Shown: positions 20,136-30,208 of the stretch, piece by piece
Layout: each line of letters begins with the position of its first letter
How positions within the stretch are numbered: position 1 is the stretch's first letter
Source of the DNA: Fibrobacteria bacterium
Lineage (GTDB): Bacteria; Fibrobacterota; Fibrobacteria; UBA11236
DNA: 64,000 bases
NCBI GenBank assembly: GCA_043745805.1
Contig: JAYTSD010000008.1
Coordinates: 32,001 to 96,000 of the forward strand
Direction of reading: 5' to 3'
Translations under genes and position numbers: made by a program
The notes under the pieces: generated by a model
The model's input: only the letters and a program-made list of their open reading frames with translations
The model's database searches: none
What the model was told of the DNA's origin: nothing

Positions 20136-20840
20136 ATGTCCGAAGAATATTGGTTTACTGAAACAGATTCCACCATGGAAGCCGCTAAACAAAAATTAAA
20201 CGAACAAGATTTTATTTTAATAGTTGCTGAAACGCAAACTCAAGGTCGAGGAAGTCGACAAAGAGTTTGGCAAAGCCCTGCTGGAAATATTCATCTCACT
20301 ATCGCATTAAACAAGAAGTTTTTTTCGCCCGAACGTCTAGCCTTATTTCCATTAGAAATGGGGATAATTCTCCACAAAACTATTGCTCTTCAAATTGACA
20401 AAAAACATCTTCCCCTTTTATCTCTCAAATGGCCTAATGATTTATTAATGGATGGAAAAAAAATATCCGGCTTATTGATGGAAATGACCGGCCAACATTT
20501 ACTAATTGGTATTGGTATTAATGTAGCCGCAGCCCCACCGTTAAACGATGGCGGTTCACTCAGCGCATGTTTGCAAGACTATGGCATGAACCCTGGCTTT
20601 AAAACGCAATTAATCCGAAACCTTTTTGCAGCGACCAAAGCGAATTGTATAAACCCCATGCTTCCCGAAGAAGCCCTCACCCAATGGCAAAGCAAAGTTA
20701 ATTGGGATTTACCGCTACGACTGCGCGAGCGGCCCGATCAGTCTATTGTAAAAGGTTTAGGGATTAATACCCAAGGGCATCTACGCATTCGACATCACAA
20801 TGGGCAAGAGGAATGGCTTATCTCCGAATATTTAGCGTAA
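20136..20840 (+). CDS. birA: Biotin-protein ligase, monofunctional (no HTH)
   Basis: TDSTM, QTQGRGS, LKWPNDL, KKISGLL, IGIGIN. Confidence 0.92.
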   Translation: MSEEYWFTETDSTMEAAKQKLNEQDFILIVAETQTQGRGSRQRVWQSPAGNIHLTIALNKKFFSPERLALFPLEMGIILHKTIALQIDKKHLPLLSLKWPNDLLMDGKKISGLLMEMTGQHLLIGIGINVAAAPPLNDGGSLSACLQDYGMNPGFKTQLIRNLFAATKANCINPMLPEEALTQWQSKVNWDLPLRLRERPDQSIVKGLGINTQGHLRIRHHNGQEEWLISEYLA

Positions 20841-20860
20841 CCTTTTTGTTACGATATCCA

Positions 20861-21961
20861 TTACATAATAATTAATTCGGCATTTAAAGCGCCTGCCTTT
20901 TTAATAGCTTGGAATATGGCAATAATATCCCTTGGACTAATTCCTAAAGCATTTAAGGATTTCGCTAAATCATTGACATTACTATTAGCCGGAATCACGC
21001 GCATTTCATTTTTCGCTTCTTCCACTTTCATGTCTTCACCTTCTGACTTTGTTGTTTGCTGCGCAGCTTGTCCTTGAGAAATGATGCCTTGAGTTTGGCT
21101 TTGTTGATTTTGTTTTATTTCGACCGTAATACTTCCCTGTGACACGGCCACTTCCGAAAGGGTCACATTACCCCCTGCCACCACGGTTCCCGTTCGTTCA
21201 TTCAAAATGACTTTTGCCACCGTAGAAGTTTGAAAATCAACATTTTCCACTTCCGCCATAAATTCAGAGGTTTTGTTTTTAAAATTATCAGGTATAGTAA
21301 CATGCACGGTACCTGGATCTAACGCTTGGGCCACTTCTTTTTGGTATTTAGCATTTAAAGCTTTTGCCAAAGCCACAGCTGAACTAAAATCGGGATTATG
21401 CAAAGCAATATCCAAACTACCTTGCGGAAGGGCATTCAACGGACTAGCTTTTTGTACAATGGCTCCGCCCGGAATATCGCCGACCAGAGTATAATTTTTT
21501 TTAAAAGAGGAATGTCCACTTTCTCGCAAAAAACCACCGACACTTAAACTCCCCTGAGCTAAAGCATAAATCTCTCCATCCGCAGCTTGCAAAGGAGATA
21601 ATAATAAAACACCACCTTCTAAACTTCGTGCATCACCAATACTCGATACCGAAACATCGAGAGCCGCACCTTTTTTACTATAGGGCATTAAGTTACCGGT
21701 AACCATAACGGCGGCTACATTGCGCAACTGAATTTTATCTTGCGGAACTTCAATTCCCATATTACGCAACATATTAATAATACTTTGCGTAGTGAATTGC
21801 GTACGGTTTCCATCTCCTGTGCCTTTTAAGCCCACTACCAAACCATAACCAATTAATTGCGTTTCGGTCACGCCCTCTAGTTTGGCCACATCTTTTATAC
21901 GTGTAGCAAATAAAGTTTGGCTAAAACAAAAAAAACTGATCAATAAAATTTTGCGGCGCAT
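20861..21961 (-). CDS. flgI: Flagellar P-ring protein
   Basis: RIKDVA..G...QLIGYGLVVGL.GTGD, NVAAVMVT, NERTGTVV, AGALNAEL. Confidence 0.97.
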   Translation of the reverse strand: MRRKILLISFFCFSQTLFATRIKDVAKLEGVTETQLIGYGLVVGLKGTGDGNRTQFTTQSIINMLRNMGIEVPQDKIQLRNVAAVMVTGNLMPYSKKGAALDVSVSSIGDARSLEGGVLLLSPLQAADGEIYALAQGSLSVGGFLRESGHSSFKKNYTLVGDIPGGAIVQKASPLNALPQGSLDIALHNPDFSSAVALAKALNAKYQKEVAQALDPGTVHVTIPDNFKNKTSEFMAEVENVDFQTSTVAKVILNERTGTVVAGGNVTLSEVAVSQGSITVEIKQNQQSQTQGIISQGQAAQQTTKSEGEDMKVEEAKNEMRVIPANSNVNDLAKSLNALGISPRDIIAIFQAIKKAGALNAELIIM

Positions 21962-21969
21962 TTTTACTC

Positions 21970-22563
21970 CTAAAAAACCCAGTTAAATAATCGTGCAAAC
22001 CAACCTGGTCGCGCGGCGTTATGAATATCTCCTTCGCCCGTATATTGAATACGCGCATCGGCAATTTTGGAAGACATGATGGTATTGCTGGATGAAATAT
22101 CTTCGGGACGTACAATGCCCGAAACTCTTAAAATTTCTTTTTCATTTTCGATTTCTACCTCTTTATTGCCTTCAATCAATAAATTTCCATTCTCGTATAC
22201 CGCCACAATACGCGCCGACACCGTGGCCCGCACTTCCCCTTGGCGAGCTGTTTTACCTGATCCATCATAAGCTTGTTTTGTACTACTTCCCAATCCCATG
22301 CCGGGCATAAAATCTAATTTACCCGTTCCAGTCTTCATGTCAATACCCACATCTTGCCTTTTATCCGTTTGTGTTTTACTGTCATTTGTGGCATGCGCAC
22401 TTTCTATTACTAATACAGTAATCACATCTTCTACCTTTTTGGCTTTCTTATCAGTATATAAAGAAAAGTTTTTAGGCAAGGATTGGGAAAAATTTAGGCT
22501 TAGGGGAAAAAGCACAATTCCCAAAATCATAGAATATTGACCTTGTTTAAAAATAGTTTGCAT
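21970..22563 (-). CDS. flgH: Flagellar L-ring protein
   Basis: LYTDKKA...D.ITV, NGNLLIEG.K, SGIVRPEDI, KIADARIQY, PGWF. Confidence 0.93.
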   Translation of the reverse strand: MQTIFKQGQYSMILGIVLFPLSLNFSQSLPKNFSLYTDKKAKKVEDVITVLVIESAHATNDSKTQTDKRQDVGIDMKTGTGKLDFMPGMGLGSSTKQAYDGSGKTARQGEVRATVSARIVAVYENGNLLIEGNKEVEIENEKEILRVSGIVRPEDISSSNTIMSSKIADARIQYTGEGDIHNAARPGWFARLFNWVF

Positions 22564-22593
22564 AAATACTCCTATAAGAGGGTTTTCCTGTTT

Positions 22594-23607
22594 TTAAATT
22601 CCTTGCTTTAATTCAAAGCTTTGTAACGGTTCTAAGAGCCCTTGAGCCAACACTTTCCCTCTAACTAATTTTTGTGTGGCTAAATTTTTTGCGCTAATAA
22701 TTTGTCCGGAAATGCCATCCTGCCGACTAATGCCATCGGTGGTGATTTTAACATTACCCTTAGTGTAAAGTAATTTTACTTCTTGTCCGCGTTTGATTAA
22801 AGGCTGCATAACCAGCATTCGAGGAAGCAAAATACGTCCCTGTGCAATACTTTGTTTGGCTAAAGTTTTTTCATTAATAGGAAATTCCATTAAAGGCGTT
22901 TCTATTAAGGGCGTGGTTTCGCGAATTTCCCAATTAAAGTCGGCAAGTGAAATTAGGGTACCTTGATTGATTTTATTTTTGGCTACATAAACATTTTCGA
23001 ATACGCGAATATTTATTTTCAGTGGAATTTTTCGCAGAATTTTATCCGCTTGCGAAACCAGCAAAAACAATTCAGTATTGCCTTTGTTTTTTTGATTAGC
23101 ATAACTTATTTGTAATTGAGCTTCTTCCAAAGGGATATACAGTGAATCGGGGGTTTTTACAATTTCATATTGGCGGCTTTCGCCTGGCTGTTTATTAAGA
23201 TTGGCAAAAAAACTATCCAATAATTGGATCAGAGAATCTTTAGCTAAAATTTTTGCTTCTGTATTTACTTTTATGATTATAGGATTATAGGCAATTTGAT
23301 ATTTATTGGTCAGAGGCAAAAGGTATTCGGCATATATTCTATCGGCATCCAACGAACGAGTCAAACCAAAATGCGCCGCAACAGCCACATTTTTATTGCG
23401 TAACAATTCAATTAATGTTCCTTCGCCACGGATTTCTGCAATATCACGAAACAGAATTTGCGAGGTTTTAACCGACACCTTTTCAAAGAAACGAATGTTG
23501 AGCGGAGGTAAACTCGCGGAATTTTTAACGGATAAGGCACTGTCATTTTGCAGCATTGCAAAACAAGGTAAACTCAATAATAAAAATAGTCCTCCTGCTA
23601 ATTTCAC
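22594..23607 (-). CDS. flgA: Flagellar P-ring assembly chaperone
   Basis: SAF-like C-terminus (LIKRGQEV...QDG..GQII.AKN); between flgG and flgH. Confidence 0.85.
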   Translation of the reverse strand: MKLAGGLFLLLSLPCFAMLQNDSALSVKNSASLPPLNIRFFEKVSVKTSQILFRDIAEIRGEGTLIELLRNKNVAVAAHFGLTRSLDADRIYAEYLLPLTNKYQIAYNPIIIKVNTEAKILAKDSLIQLLDSFFANLNKQPGESRQYEIVKTPDSLYIPLEEAQLQISYANQKNKGNTELFLLVSQADKILRKIPLKINIRVFENVYVAKNKINQGTLISLADFNWEIRETTPLIETPLMEFPINEKTLAKQSIAQGRILLPRMLVMQPLIKRGQEVKLLYTKGNVKITTDGISRQDGISGQIISAKNLATQKLVRGKVLAQGLLEPLQSFELKQGI

Positions 23608-23608
23608 A

Positions 23609-24397
23609 TTATCCTTTTAATTGATTGGCAATTTGTAACATTTCTTCTGCGGTTTTAATGGCCTTGGATGACACTTCGTAAGCACGTTGCGCCACAATCA
23701 TATTCACCATTTCTTCCACCATTTCCACATTCGACGCTTCTAAATAACCCTGCATAATCGCGCCAGTACCATTTTCACCCGGTACTTCAATTTCCGGTTG
23801 TCCACTGGCCGCAGTGGCTTGATATAAATTGTTACCTAAACTTTTTAAGCCACCCTCATTTACAAATTTGGCCAATTCAATTTGACCCACATCTTCAAAA
23901 GTACCACTATTATTCATTATCACGGCGACTTTACCATTGCCATCAATAGTCAACTGCTGCGCGCCATCAGGTATAGTAATATTCGGTTCAATTAAATACC
24001 CATTAGAAGTTACCAAGGTTCCATCCGAAGATATTTTTAAAGATCCATCACGACTATATGCCGTTTCTCCATTGGGCATTTGGACTTGGATAAATCCCGA
24101 TCCTTGAATGGCAATATCTAAATTATTGGTGGTTTGTTGCAAACTGCCTTGCCCAAATATTTTTTGATTCGATACGCTACGTGTTCCCAAGCCCACCTGC
24201 AAACCAGCAGGTGCCTTTGCACCATCGGCATTACCCGATCCAGGCTCCACCATGGTTTGATAAAGTAAATCTTGAAACTCAAGTTTTGATTTTTTAAATC
24301 CCGTAGTATTCACGTTAGATAAATTGTTAGCAATATTATCAATATATAACTGATTTGCTTTCATGCCGGTTGCGGCGGTGTATAAACTACGTATCAT
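23609..24397 (-). CDS. flgG: Flagellar distal rod protein
   Basis: MIRSLYTAATGM, IANNLSNVNTTGFKK, YLEASNVEMVEEMV. Confidence 0.97.
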   Translation of the reverse strand: MIRSLYTAATGMKANQLYIDNIANNLSNVNTTGFKKSKLEFQDLLYQTMVEPGSGNADGAKAPAGLQVGLGTRSVSNQKIFGQGSLQQTTNNLDIAIQGSGFIQVQMPNGETAYSRDGSLKISSDGTLVTSNGYLIEPNITIPDGAQQLTIDGNGKVAVIMNNSGTFEDVGQIELAKFVNEGGLKSLGNNLYQATAASGQPEIEVPGENGTGAIMQGYLEASNVEMVEEMVNMIVAQRAYEVSSKAIKTAEEMLQIANQLKG

Positions 24398-24417
24398 TTT
24401 TGTTACTCCTTAAAAAA

Positions 24418-25152
24418 TTAAATGCGGCCCACATCGTTTACGGCCTTAGTTAAAGTTTCATCAATGGCATGAATCACTCGCTGATTCGCTTCATAATTTT
24501 TCGATTGTGAAATCATTTTTACCATAGTAGACACCACATCCACATTCGATCCTTCTAAAAACCCTTGCTTAATTTCGGAATGTGTTGCGGGATCGGGAAT
24601 ATTTTCTTTTGCTTGCATATTACGAAAAATTCCATCCCCACTGGCTAACAGTTTTTTGGGATTAGGAAATTCGGATAAAGCGAGTTTCGCTATTTTAATA
24701 CCATCGACAAATACTCCACCATCTGATTGGAATTGGGCATTTTGTCCTTCAATGTGAATAGGATTATCATTATCATCGAGTACTTTTTTTCCAGTGAGGG
24801 TAACCAAATCGCCTTCGGCATTTAAGGATAGGCTTCCATTGCGTGAATAACCGATTCCTTCAGGAGTTTCTACATGAAAAAATCCGGATCCAGTGATCGC
24901 CAAATCCAAATGATTTCCAGTTTGTACTAATGGTCCTTGCGTAAAATGCGTATACACTTCATCTAAATTTTGTTTTTCCGCTTGATGTAATTTCTGTTCA
25001 TCATTTTTATCGATAGTCACTACGCTGCGTGTTGCAAGTTCAGTAATTTTAAATCCCGTGGTATTGGCATTTGCCAAATTTTGCGCGTTCACATCTTGCT
25101 TATTCATAATATTCATCATGCTACGCGATGCGGTATATAAACCATTGACCAT
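24418..25152 (-). CDS. flgF: Flagellar rod protein FlgF
   Basis: GGAGAG RBS before ATG at 25152; NLANANTTGFK, QTGNHLDLAI, LEGSNVD. Confidence 0.9.
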   Translation of the reverse strand: MVNGLYTASRSMMNIMNKQDVNAQNLANANTTGFKITELATRSVVTIDKNDEQKLHQAEKQNLDEVYTHFTQGPLVQTGNHLDLAITGSGFFHVETPEGIGYSRNGSLSLNAEGDLVTLTGKKVLDDNDNPIHIEGQNAQFQSDGGVFVDGIKIAKLALSEFPNPKKLLASGDGIFRNMQAKENIPDPATHSEIKQGFLEGSNVDVVSTMVKMISQSKNYEANQRVIHAIDETLTKAVNDVGRI

Positions 25153-25198
25153 GGACTCTCCAAAGTTTACTTCAATCTGAAGCCAGTAGAAGAAAGAG

Positions 25199-25215
25199 AG
25201 CAAGATTAAGGCCAA
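25199..25215 (-). promoter_or_regulatory. Sigma54 -24/-12 promoter of flgFGAHI
   Basis: Minus strand TTGGCCTTAATCTTGCT: GG-N10-GC, about 47 nt upstream of flgF ATG. Confidence 0.75.
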
Positions 25216-25360
25216 CATTTTCGAAAAAATTTTTTGCTAGATAATTTTGAGTTGTTTTAAAGTTTGTTTAAGCAGGAGCCGAATAAGATTAAAAACGCGG
25301 CACTCTTAAGACCCGTTAAGGATCCAATAGAGATCCAAAATCAAAGTGAAAATTAATTTG

Positions 25361-25437
25361 AAGTTAAAGTTTAACTTTAAGTTTTACAACTATTGGAAAA
25401 ATCTTCCGAACCTAAAATCTATTGGGCAATTAATGCC
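25361..25437. promoter_or_regulatory. Candidate enhancer sites for a sigma54 activator
   Basis: AAGTTAAA-G-TTTAACTT palindrome; GGAA-N5-TTCC (25395) and GGCA-N5-TGCC (25425) 30 bp apart. Confidence 0.5.
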
Positions 25438-25443
25438 ATACTA

Positions 25444-26250
25444 TTATTGGGCATTCGTTTGATTTTGTAATTGCAAAAAATACTCAATGGCCTCAGCGCC
25501 CTTTACACCTAAGTCCTCGGTAAAATGGTTAACATACAAAGCAATATGCTGTTCCATAACCTTGCGTGTAAGGGTTTGCGAATACTGTGCACATAAATCT
25601 ACCGCAAGATCATGATGCGCATAGGCCCATTGCAAGCTTTCGCGAATATTTTCCACAATTTTTGCCGCCAACCCAGGAACGGATAATTCCAGTGATTTTT
25701 TTAAGATCGCAGCGCCCAAAGGAATTGGGTAACCTGTATGAGACTCCCAATATGCACCTAAATCCTGCACTAAATCTAAATCATCGTCGACATAACTAAA
25801 ACGCTTTTCATGAATCACCACGCCTTGGCTTTCGACTTCATTTTTTAGTCTCTCATATAATTCATCAAAGGGCAAAAATATTTTTTTAATCTGCGGGTAT
25901 TTTGCCTTGGCAAAATAATCAAATAAAAAATTAGCCGTGGTAAATTCTCCTGGAATATACACCGGTTTACTGGGATTCCATGCGGCTTGATGCGTCAATA
26001 ATAAAGGGCCACAATTATTTCCCAAGGCTCCTCCACAAGGCAAAAGCGAGTAGGACTGCGCACAGAATTTATAATTCGCATAACTTATTTTTACAACATC
26101 TAAAACTTCATTTTGTGCCCGTTGATTCAACGTTTCAATGTCTTCAAAAACAAATTCCCACTGTAACGAAGGATTGATTTTGTTTAAAATTAAACCACTA
26201 TAAATAAAAATATCATTGGGGCAAGGCGAAATGCCGATTTTAATTTTCAT
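25444..26250 (-). CDS. mqnD: 1,4-dihydroxy-6-naphthoate synthase (futalosine menaquinone pathway)
   Basis: ISPCPNDIF, DIETLN, GGALG..CGPL, VIHEKRF, PIPLG, HIALYVN; ATG at 26250. Confidence 0.93.
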   Translation of the reverse strand: MKIKIGISPCPNDIFIYSGLILNKINPSLQWEFVFEDIETLNQRAQNEVLDVVKISYANYKFCAQSYSLLPCGGALGNNCGPLLLTHQAAWNPSKPVYIPGEFTTANFLFDYFAKAKYPQIKKIFLPFDELYERLKNEVESQGVVIHEKRFSYVDDDLDLVQDLGAYWESHTGYPIPLGAAILKKSLELSVPGLAAKIVENIRESLQWAYAHHDLAVDLCAQYSQTLTRKVMEQHIALYVNHFTEDLGVKGAEAIEYFLQLQNQTNAQ

Positions 26251-26920
26251 CGATATTTCTAAAGCAAGGGGTATCTTGTAAATACGCTTGTAATTTTTGC
26301 AAAGCAATTCGAATATTTTCTCGCCGCATATCTCGCGAGGAAGCGTAATTACTAATCGCACGAATTTCACAAACGGGAATGCCAAATTTTTGGCCTACCA
26401 AACAAATCGCCGCGCCTTCCATCGTTTCAAAATCAACTTGAAATAATTTCCGGCGTTTTGCACCTGTTTCTGGCGTGCCGGCACAGGTATTCACGGTGCA
26501 ACCTTTTCCCAGTTTGGGTTGGGCAAGTTTAGTGGGTAAAAGTTGAGAATCAAACTGTAAGGCAAAAGGTTTGGCTTGATCGGGAGGACAAAATGGACTG
26601 CGGCCGATGGGCGTAAACCCTTGTGCCTCTTCAAAACCAATATCGCCAAAGACTTCGGATTCGGCAATAACAATATCACCTAAAGCGGCAGTTCCCCCTA
26701 CATAGGCTCCGGCAATACCAATATTTAATATTAAAGCAGGACGAACTTTTTCTAATACCGCGACCATATTTAAAACCGCAAGCGGTATACCAATCCCTGT
26801 TAACGCTAAAGTTACTCCGCCTTGACCGGTAAATTCCTTGCCTGATGGAAAATCTTTGGGAATCGCTTCCCAAGCATTTAATTCCAGAGCCGTGGCCGCA
26901 CAAACTAGCAATCGCGACAT
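26240..26920 (-). CDS. mqnB: Futalosine hydrolase
   Basis: PNP/UDP fold: TGIG, NIGIAGAY, ETMEGAA, EIRAISN; overlaps mqnD. Confidence 0.88.
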   Translation of the reverse strand: MSRLLVCAATALELNAWEAIPKDFPSGKEFTGQGGVTLALTGIGIPLAVLNMVAVLEKVRPALILNIGIAGAYVGGTAALGDIVIAESEVFGDIGFEEAQGFTPIGRSPFCPPDQAKPFALQFDSQLLPTKLAQPKLGKGCTVNTCAGTPETGAKRRKLFQVDFETMEGAAICLVGQKFGIPVCEIRAISNYASSRDMRRENIRIALQKLQAYLQDTPCFRNIDEN

Positions 26921-26921
26921 A

Positions 26922-27866
26922 TTATCCCGCCTGGTTCCCTATAACTATTTCTTTATGCACGGTTTTTGATAAAATATGTTCAAAATCAATGCTGGAAAAA
27001 TCACCGGGCAAAAGCGATTGGCAACTGGCTACACCCATAGCCAAAGCTTGCTTGGAAGCGTCACACAAACTTTCGCCACATAGCAAAAAATGCAGTAACC
27101 CAGCAGTTACCGTATCACCTGCACCAATGGGATTTTGTAAAGGCATAGCCGCTGGCAAAATAAATTGCCAACGAGGACCACCCTCTTCCCACAAAATTGC
27201 CGGTTTAGGGCCTTCCGTAACAAGAACTGGAGGGCCGACTTTATCCCAACCCTGCTCCATATTTTTATTTAATTCATCCCATTCCATCCGATTTATTTTC
27301 AAGCAAGTCATTTCCTGCAAAAAATCATTTTCTAATTCTCTATAACCATCGAGCAAAATGACCTTTGCATTTACACTTTCTAGGATATCCATAAACACCC
27401 ATGGCGGACAACCCTCAGGGACACTGCCACAGAAAACTAATCCGGTAAACGATTGACTCTTTGCATCGCTCCCACCTGTCTCATTACGGTTAGGTAACAA
27501 GGTTGTTAACAAGGCACTCCAATCATCTTCCGGCACAGTAAAAGGCTCAATCAGCTCGGTGGCTTGCCCTCTAGAGTCTAATAAGGTGACACAAGTTCTG
27601 GTTTCTCGGGCTACTTTTACATGTAAACTTTTTATGCCTTCTGCGGCACATGCCTTTAAGCATAATTCACCCGCATTCCCGCCTAAAATCTGCAATAAGG
27701 AAACGTCATGCCCTAATCGTTTCAAGACTTTAGCGGTATTAAAACCTTTGCCGGAGGCAAATTCTTGGGTTTCGACCGCGCGATTCACTTCGGCCATTTT
27801 TAAATGATTAAAGCGATAAATTTTTTGCCAAGCGGGATTTAAACCCACAACCAGTATTACTGCCAT
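26922..27866 (-). CDS. PfkB/1-phosphofructokinase-family sugar kinase
   Basis: GLNPA, SGKGFN, ETRTC, NPIGAGD. Confidence 0.87.
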   Translation of the reverse strand: MAVILVVGLNPAWQKIYRFNHLKMAEVNRAVETQEFASGKGFNTAKVLKRLGHDVSLLQILGGNAGELCLKACAAEGIKSLHVKVARETRTCVTLLDSRGQATELIEPFTVPEDDWSALLTTLLPNRNETGGSDAKSQSFTGLVFCGSVPEGCPPWVFMDILESVNAKVILLDGYRELENDFLQEMTCLKINRMEWDELNKNMEQGWDKVGPPVLVTEGPKPAILWEEGGPRWQFILPAAMPLQNPIGAGDTVTAGLLHFLLCGESLCDASKQALAMGVASCQSLLPGDFSSIDFEHILSKTVHKEIVIGNQAG

Positions 27867-27935
27867 GTCTTAAAATCTAGAACTATTTAAGACTTATCTC
27901 AGCGCTTAAATTTCACGGATTAATCACATACTTTA

Positions 27936-30152
27936 TTAAGCATGACGCATTTGTGAGTAAAAACTGACTTGATTACGACCCGCTTCCTTACTGTGATACA
28001 TCGCTTGATCGGCATGGTCAATTAATTCCTGTTTTAACATTCCATCGGTTGGAAAAGTCGCGCTACCTACGCTTACGGTAACACTTAAGATTTTACCTTC
28101 ATTAGGAATTTGTAAGGTTTCCACTGCTTTGCGCACACGCTCCGCTAATATTTGCGCTTGCCGTTCATCCGTTTGCACTAATACAACCACAAACTCTTCC
28201 CCACCATAACGCGCGCAATAATCGGTATTGCGTATTGATCCTTCTAAAGCCTTTGCCACCCGCTGCAAAACTAAATCACCCACCGGATGGCCATAGGTAT
28301 CATTGAATTTTTTGAAATGATCAATATCCATCAAAAGCAAAGTAAGGCTACCCGTATAACGTGAAGCACGCTCTAATTCGGTACTTAAAATATCTTGGAA
28401 ACGTCGATGATTTGCGATTTGCGTCAAGCCATCAATGGTAGCCAAGCGTTCCATTTCCACAAAATTGCGGGCATTGCTTAAAGCCGTCGTTACATTGGCC
28501 ATAATCGTTTTAAGCAAACGTAATTCACCCATCGCATAAATACCCGCTTGATTTGACTCTATACCCACCACCGCAAAAACTGACTGCTGACTATCGAGCA
28601 CCGGCGCTAATAAAATATTTTGTGGACGTAACTCGGAGGGTTCCTCACAGTCGAAACGTACAAAACGTGTTTCCTCTTTAAAAGCTTGAGTCACTACGGC
28701 GCGTCGATTTTTAAATACGCTACCATATAAACTTTTGGGATTGTAAATATCAAATTCTTGTCCCATTTGTAAATGACCCGCATCTCCAATTATTTTCCAA
28801 ATAGTGCCTTTGGTCGTTGCGAAATTGTAAGTACAAATCACAATGCGATCATTCTCAAAGCTTTGCATTAAACTTTGTAGTAGCACGTCTATCACTTCAT
28901 CCGGCTTTACTACTTCCGAAAGTTTTTTGGCAATTTCATATTGATTGTCCGCTACACGTGCTTCGCGGTCCGATTTATATTTTAATTTCACATTGGTAAT
29001 CATCGCGCAAGCAATTTGTGTAAAGCGATACATCAACTCTTTATGCTCATCGGTGAACGCTCTTATATTCTCCGAATCCACTAATAATAGACCTTGCAGC
29101 TTTTTACTTTCGGTATCCATAATTCGCATAATCATGATGGAATTAATATTTTCCGCACCTTTATAATATTCTAAGCTACCCGTATAGGATTTTAAATTAC
29201 CGGTAATAAAACCAGCCGACTTAGTCACTGCCCCGCCAATAATTCCCTTACCCACTTCGATCACGCAATCATAATTCAGGTTTGGGCTTTTACTAACTGC
29301 CGAATTAATCACCATTTTATCGCCCAACTCACTCACTAAAAAACCTGCGGAGGTATAAGCGCGGAAGTTTCGGCTCATAAAATAAACCACCGAATTCAAA
29401 ACATCTTTCATGTCTTCCAAAGCCTGATTGCCTTGTCTTTCCAAGTACATGCGACTAAACAATGCGGAGGCCGAAGGATCAGTTAAATCATCGCGATCAT
29501 GATAAGATGCCGCCAAGGCAATCACTTGCGAATCCGAGGCTTTTCTTTCGGCTAAAGTCATTTCCGTATTGGAAACGGATTCCATTTTCAATTTATTTAA
29601 ATTATTGCCTGCCGCATTTGTTGTCCCTTTAGGACGTTTAATTTTCATTAACAATAATTGTAAAATCGACATATTGAAAAGTGGGTAAGCAATGGGCAAT
29701 ACAAATTCAACAATATTTTTTTCCGCACTAAACGGCGCACCTGGAAGAATACCCAATAAATGATTCGCAATATAAACTAAGGTTGCGAACCAAGCGACAA
29801 TCAATATGTAAATATTATTATTTGCGGGGGCAGCTATACCAATAATCACCGCAGGAATAAAAAGTAAGACTTGATTCCACTGATGCTGAATGCCCCCTAA
29901 AAAGAAAAGTCCCAGCCATGCTAAGGTGAATAGCCATAAAGCTTGGGAAAATTGGGGAAGTAAAATTGGACCCGTGGCTTTGTTTGCAATACCTAAAAAA
30001 AGTATCCCCATTAATAAAATAATTAGGGTTAGGTAAATTTTATAATGGCTTAAGCCCAATGCGGGAATATAGTTGCTTCCCAAAACGCAGAGCAAAAAGG
30101 CTACAAAAATTTGCAAAAAAGATATTGATCGATTTAAATTCATGGAAGCCAC
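27936..30152 (-). CDS. Membrane-anchored GAF-GAF-GGDEF diguanylate cyclase
   Basis: Several N-terminal TM helices, two GAF-like regions, DIDHFKKFNDTYGH, RNTD I-site, RYGGEEF. Confidence 0.9.
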   Translation of the reverse strand: MASMNLNRSISFLQIFVAFLLCVLGSNYIPALGLSHYKIYLTLIILLMGILFLGIANKATGPILLPQFSQALWLFTLAWLGLFFLGGIQHQWNQVLLFIPAVIIGIAAPANNNIYILIVAWFATLVYIANHLLGILPGAPFSAEKNIVEFVLPIAYPLFNMSILQLLLMKIKRPKGTTNAAGNNLNKLKMESVSNTEMTLAERKASDSQVIALAASYHDRDDLTDPSASALFSRMYLERQGNQALEDMKDVLNSVVYFMSRNFRAYTSAGFLVSELGDKMVINSAVSKSPNLNYDCVIEVGKGIIGGAVTKSAGFITGNLKSYTGSLEYYKGAENINSIMIMRIMDTESKKLQGLLLVDSENIRAFTDEHKELMYRFTQIACAMITNVKLKYKSDREARVADNQYEIAKKLSEVVKPDEVIDVLLQSLMQSFENDRIVICTYNFATTKGTIWKIIGDAGHLQMGQEFDIYNPKSLYGSVFKNRRAVVTQAFKEETRFVRFDCEEPSELRPQNILLAPVLDSQQSVFAVVGIESNQAGIYAMGELRLLKTIMANVTTALSNARNFVEMERLATIDGLTQIANHRRFQDILSTELERASRYTGSLTLLLMDIDHFKKFNDTYGHPVGDLVLQRVAKALEGSIRNTDYCARYGGEEFVVVLVQTDERQAQILAERVRKAVETLQIPNEGKILSVTVSVGSATFPTDGMLKQELIDHADQAMYHSKEAGRNQVSFYSQMRHA

Positions 30153-30208
30153 CTTAGTTAAGGTGAGTTTTCCCCTTCTGATTATTAACTTTTACTATTG
30201 TATTATTC

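Noticed and set aside
25153-25218. Long N-terminal extensions in the ORF track for flgF (also mqnD, 56331, 58444)
   Set aside because: Downstream starts with RBS or stop-start coupling match family N-termini better; the flgF extension overlaps the sigma54 promoter
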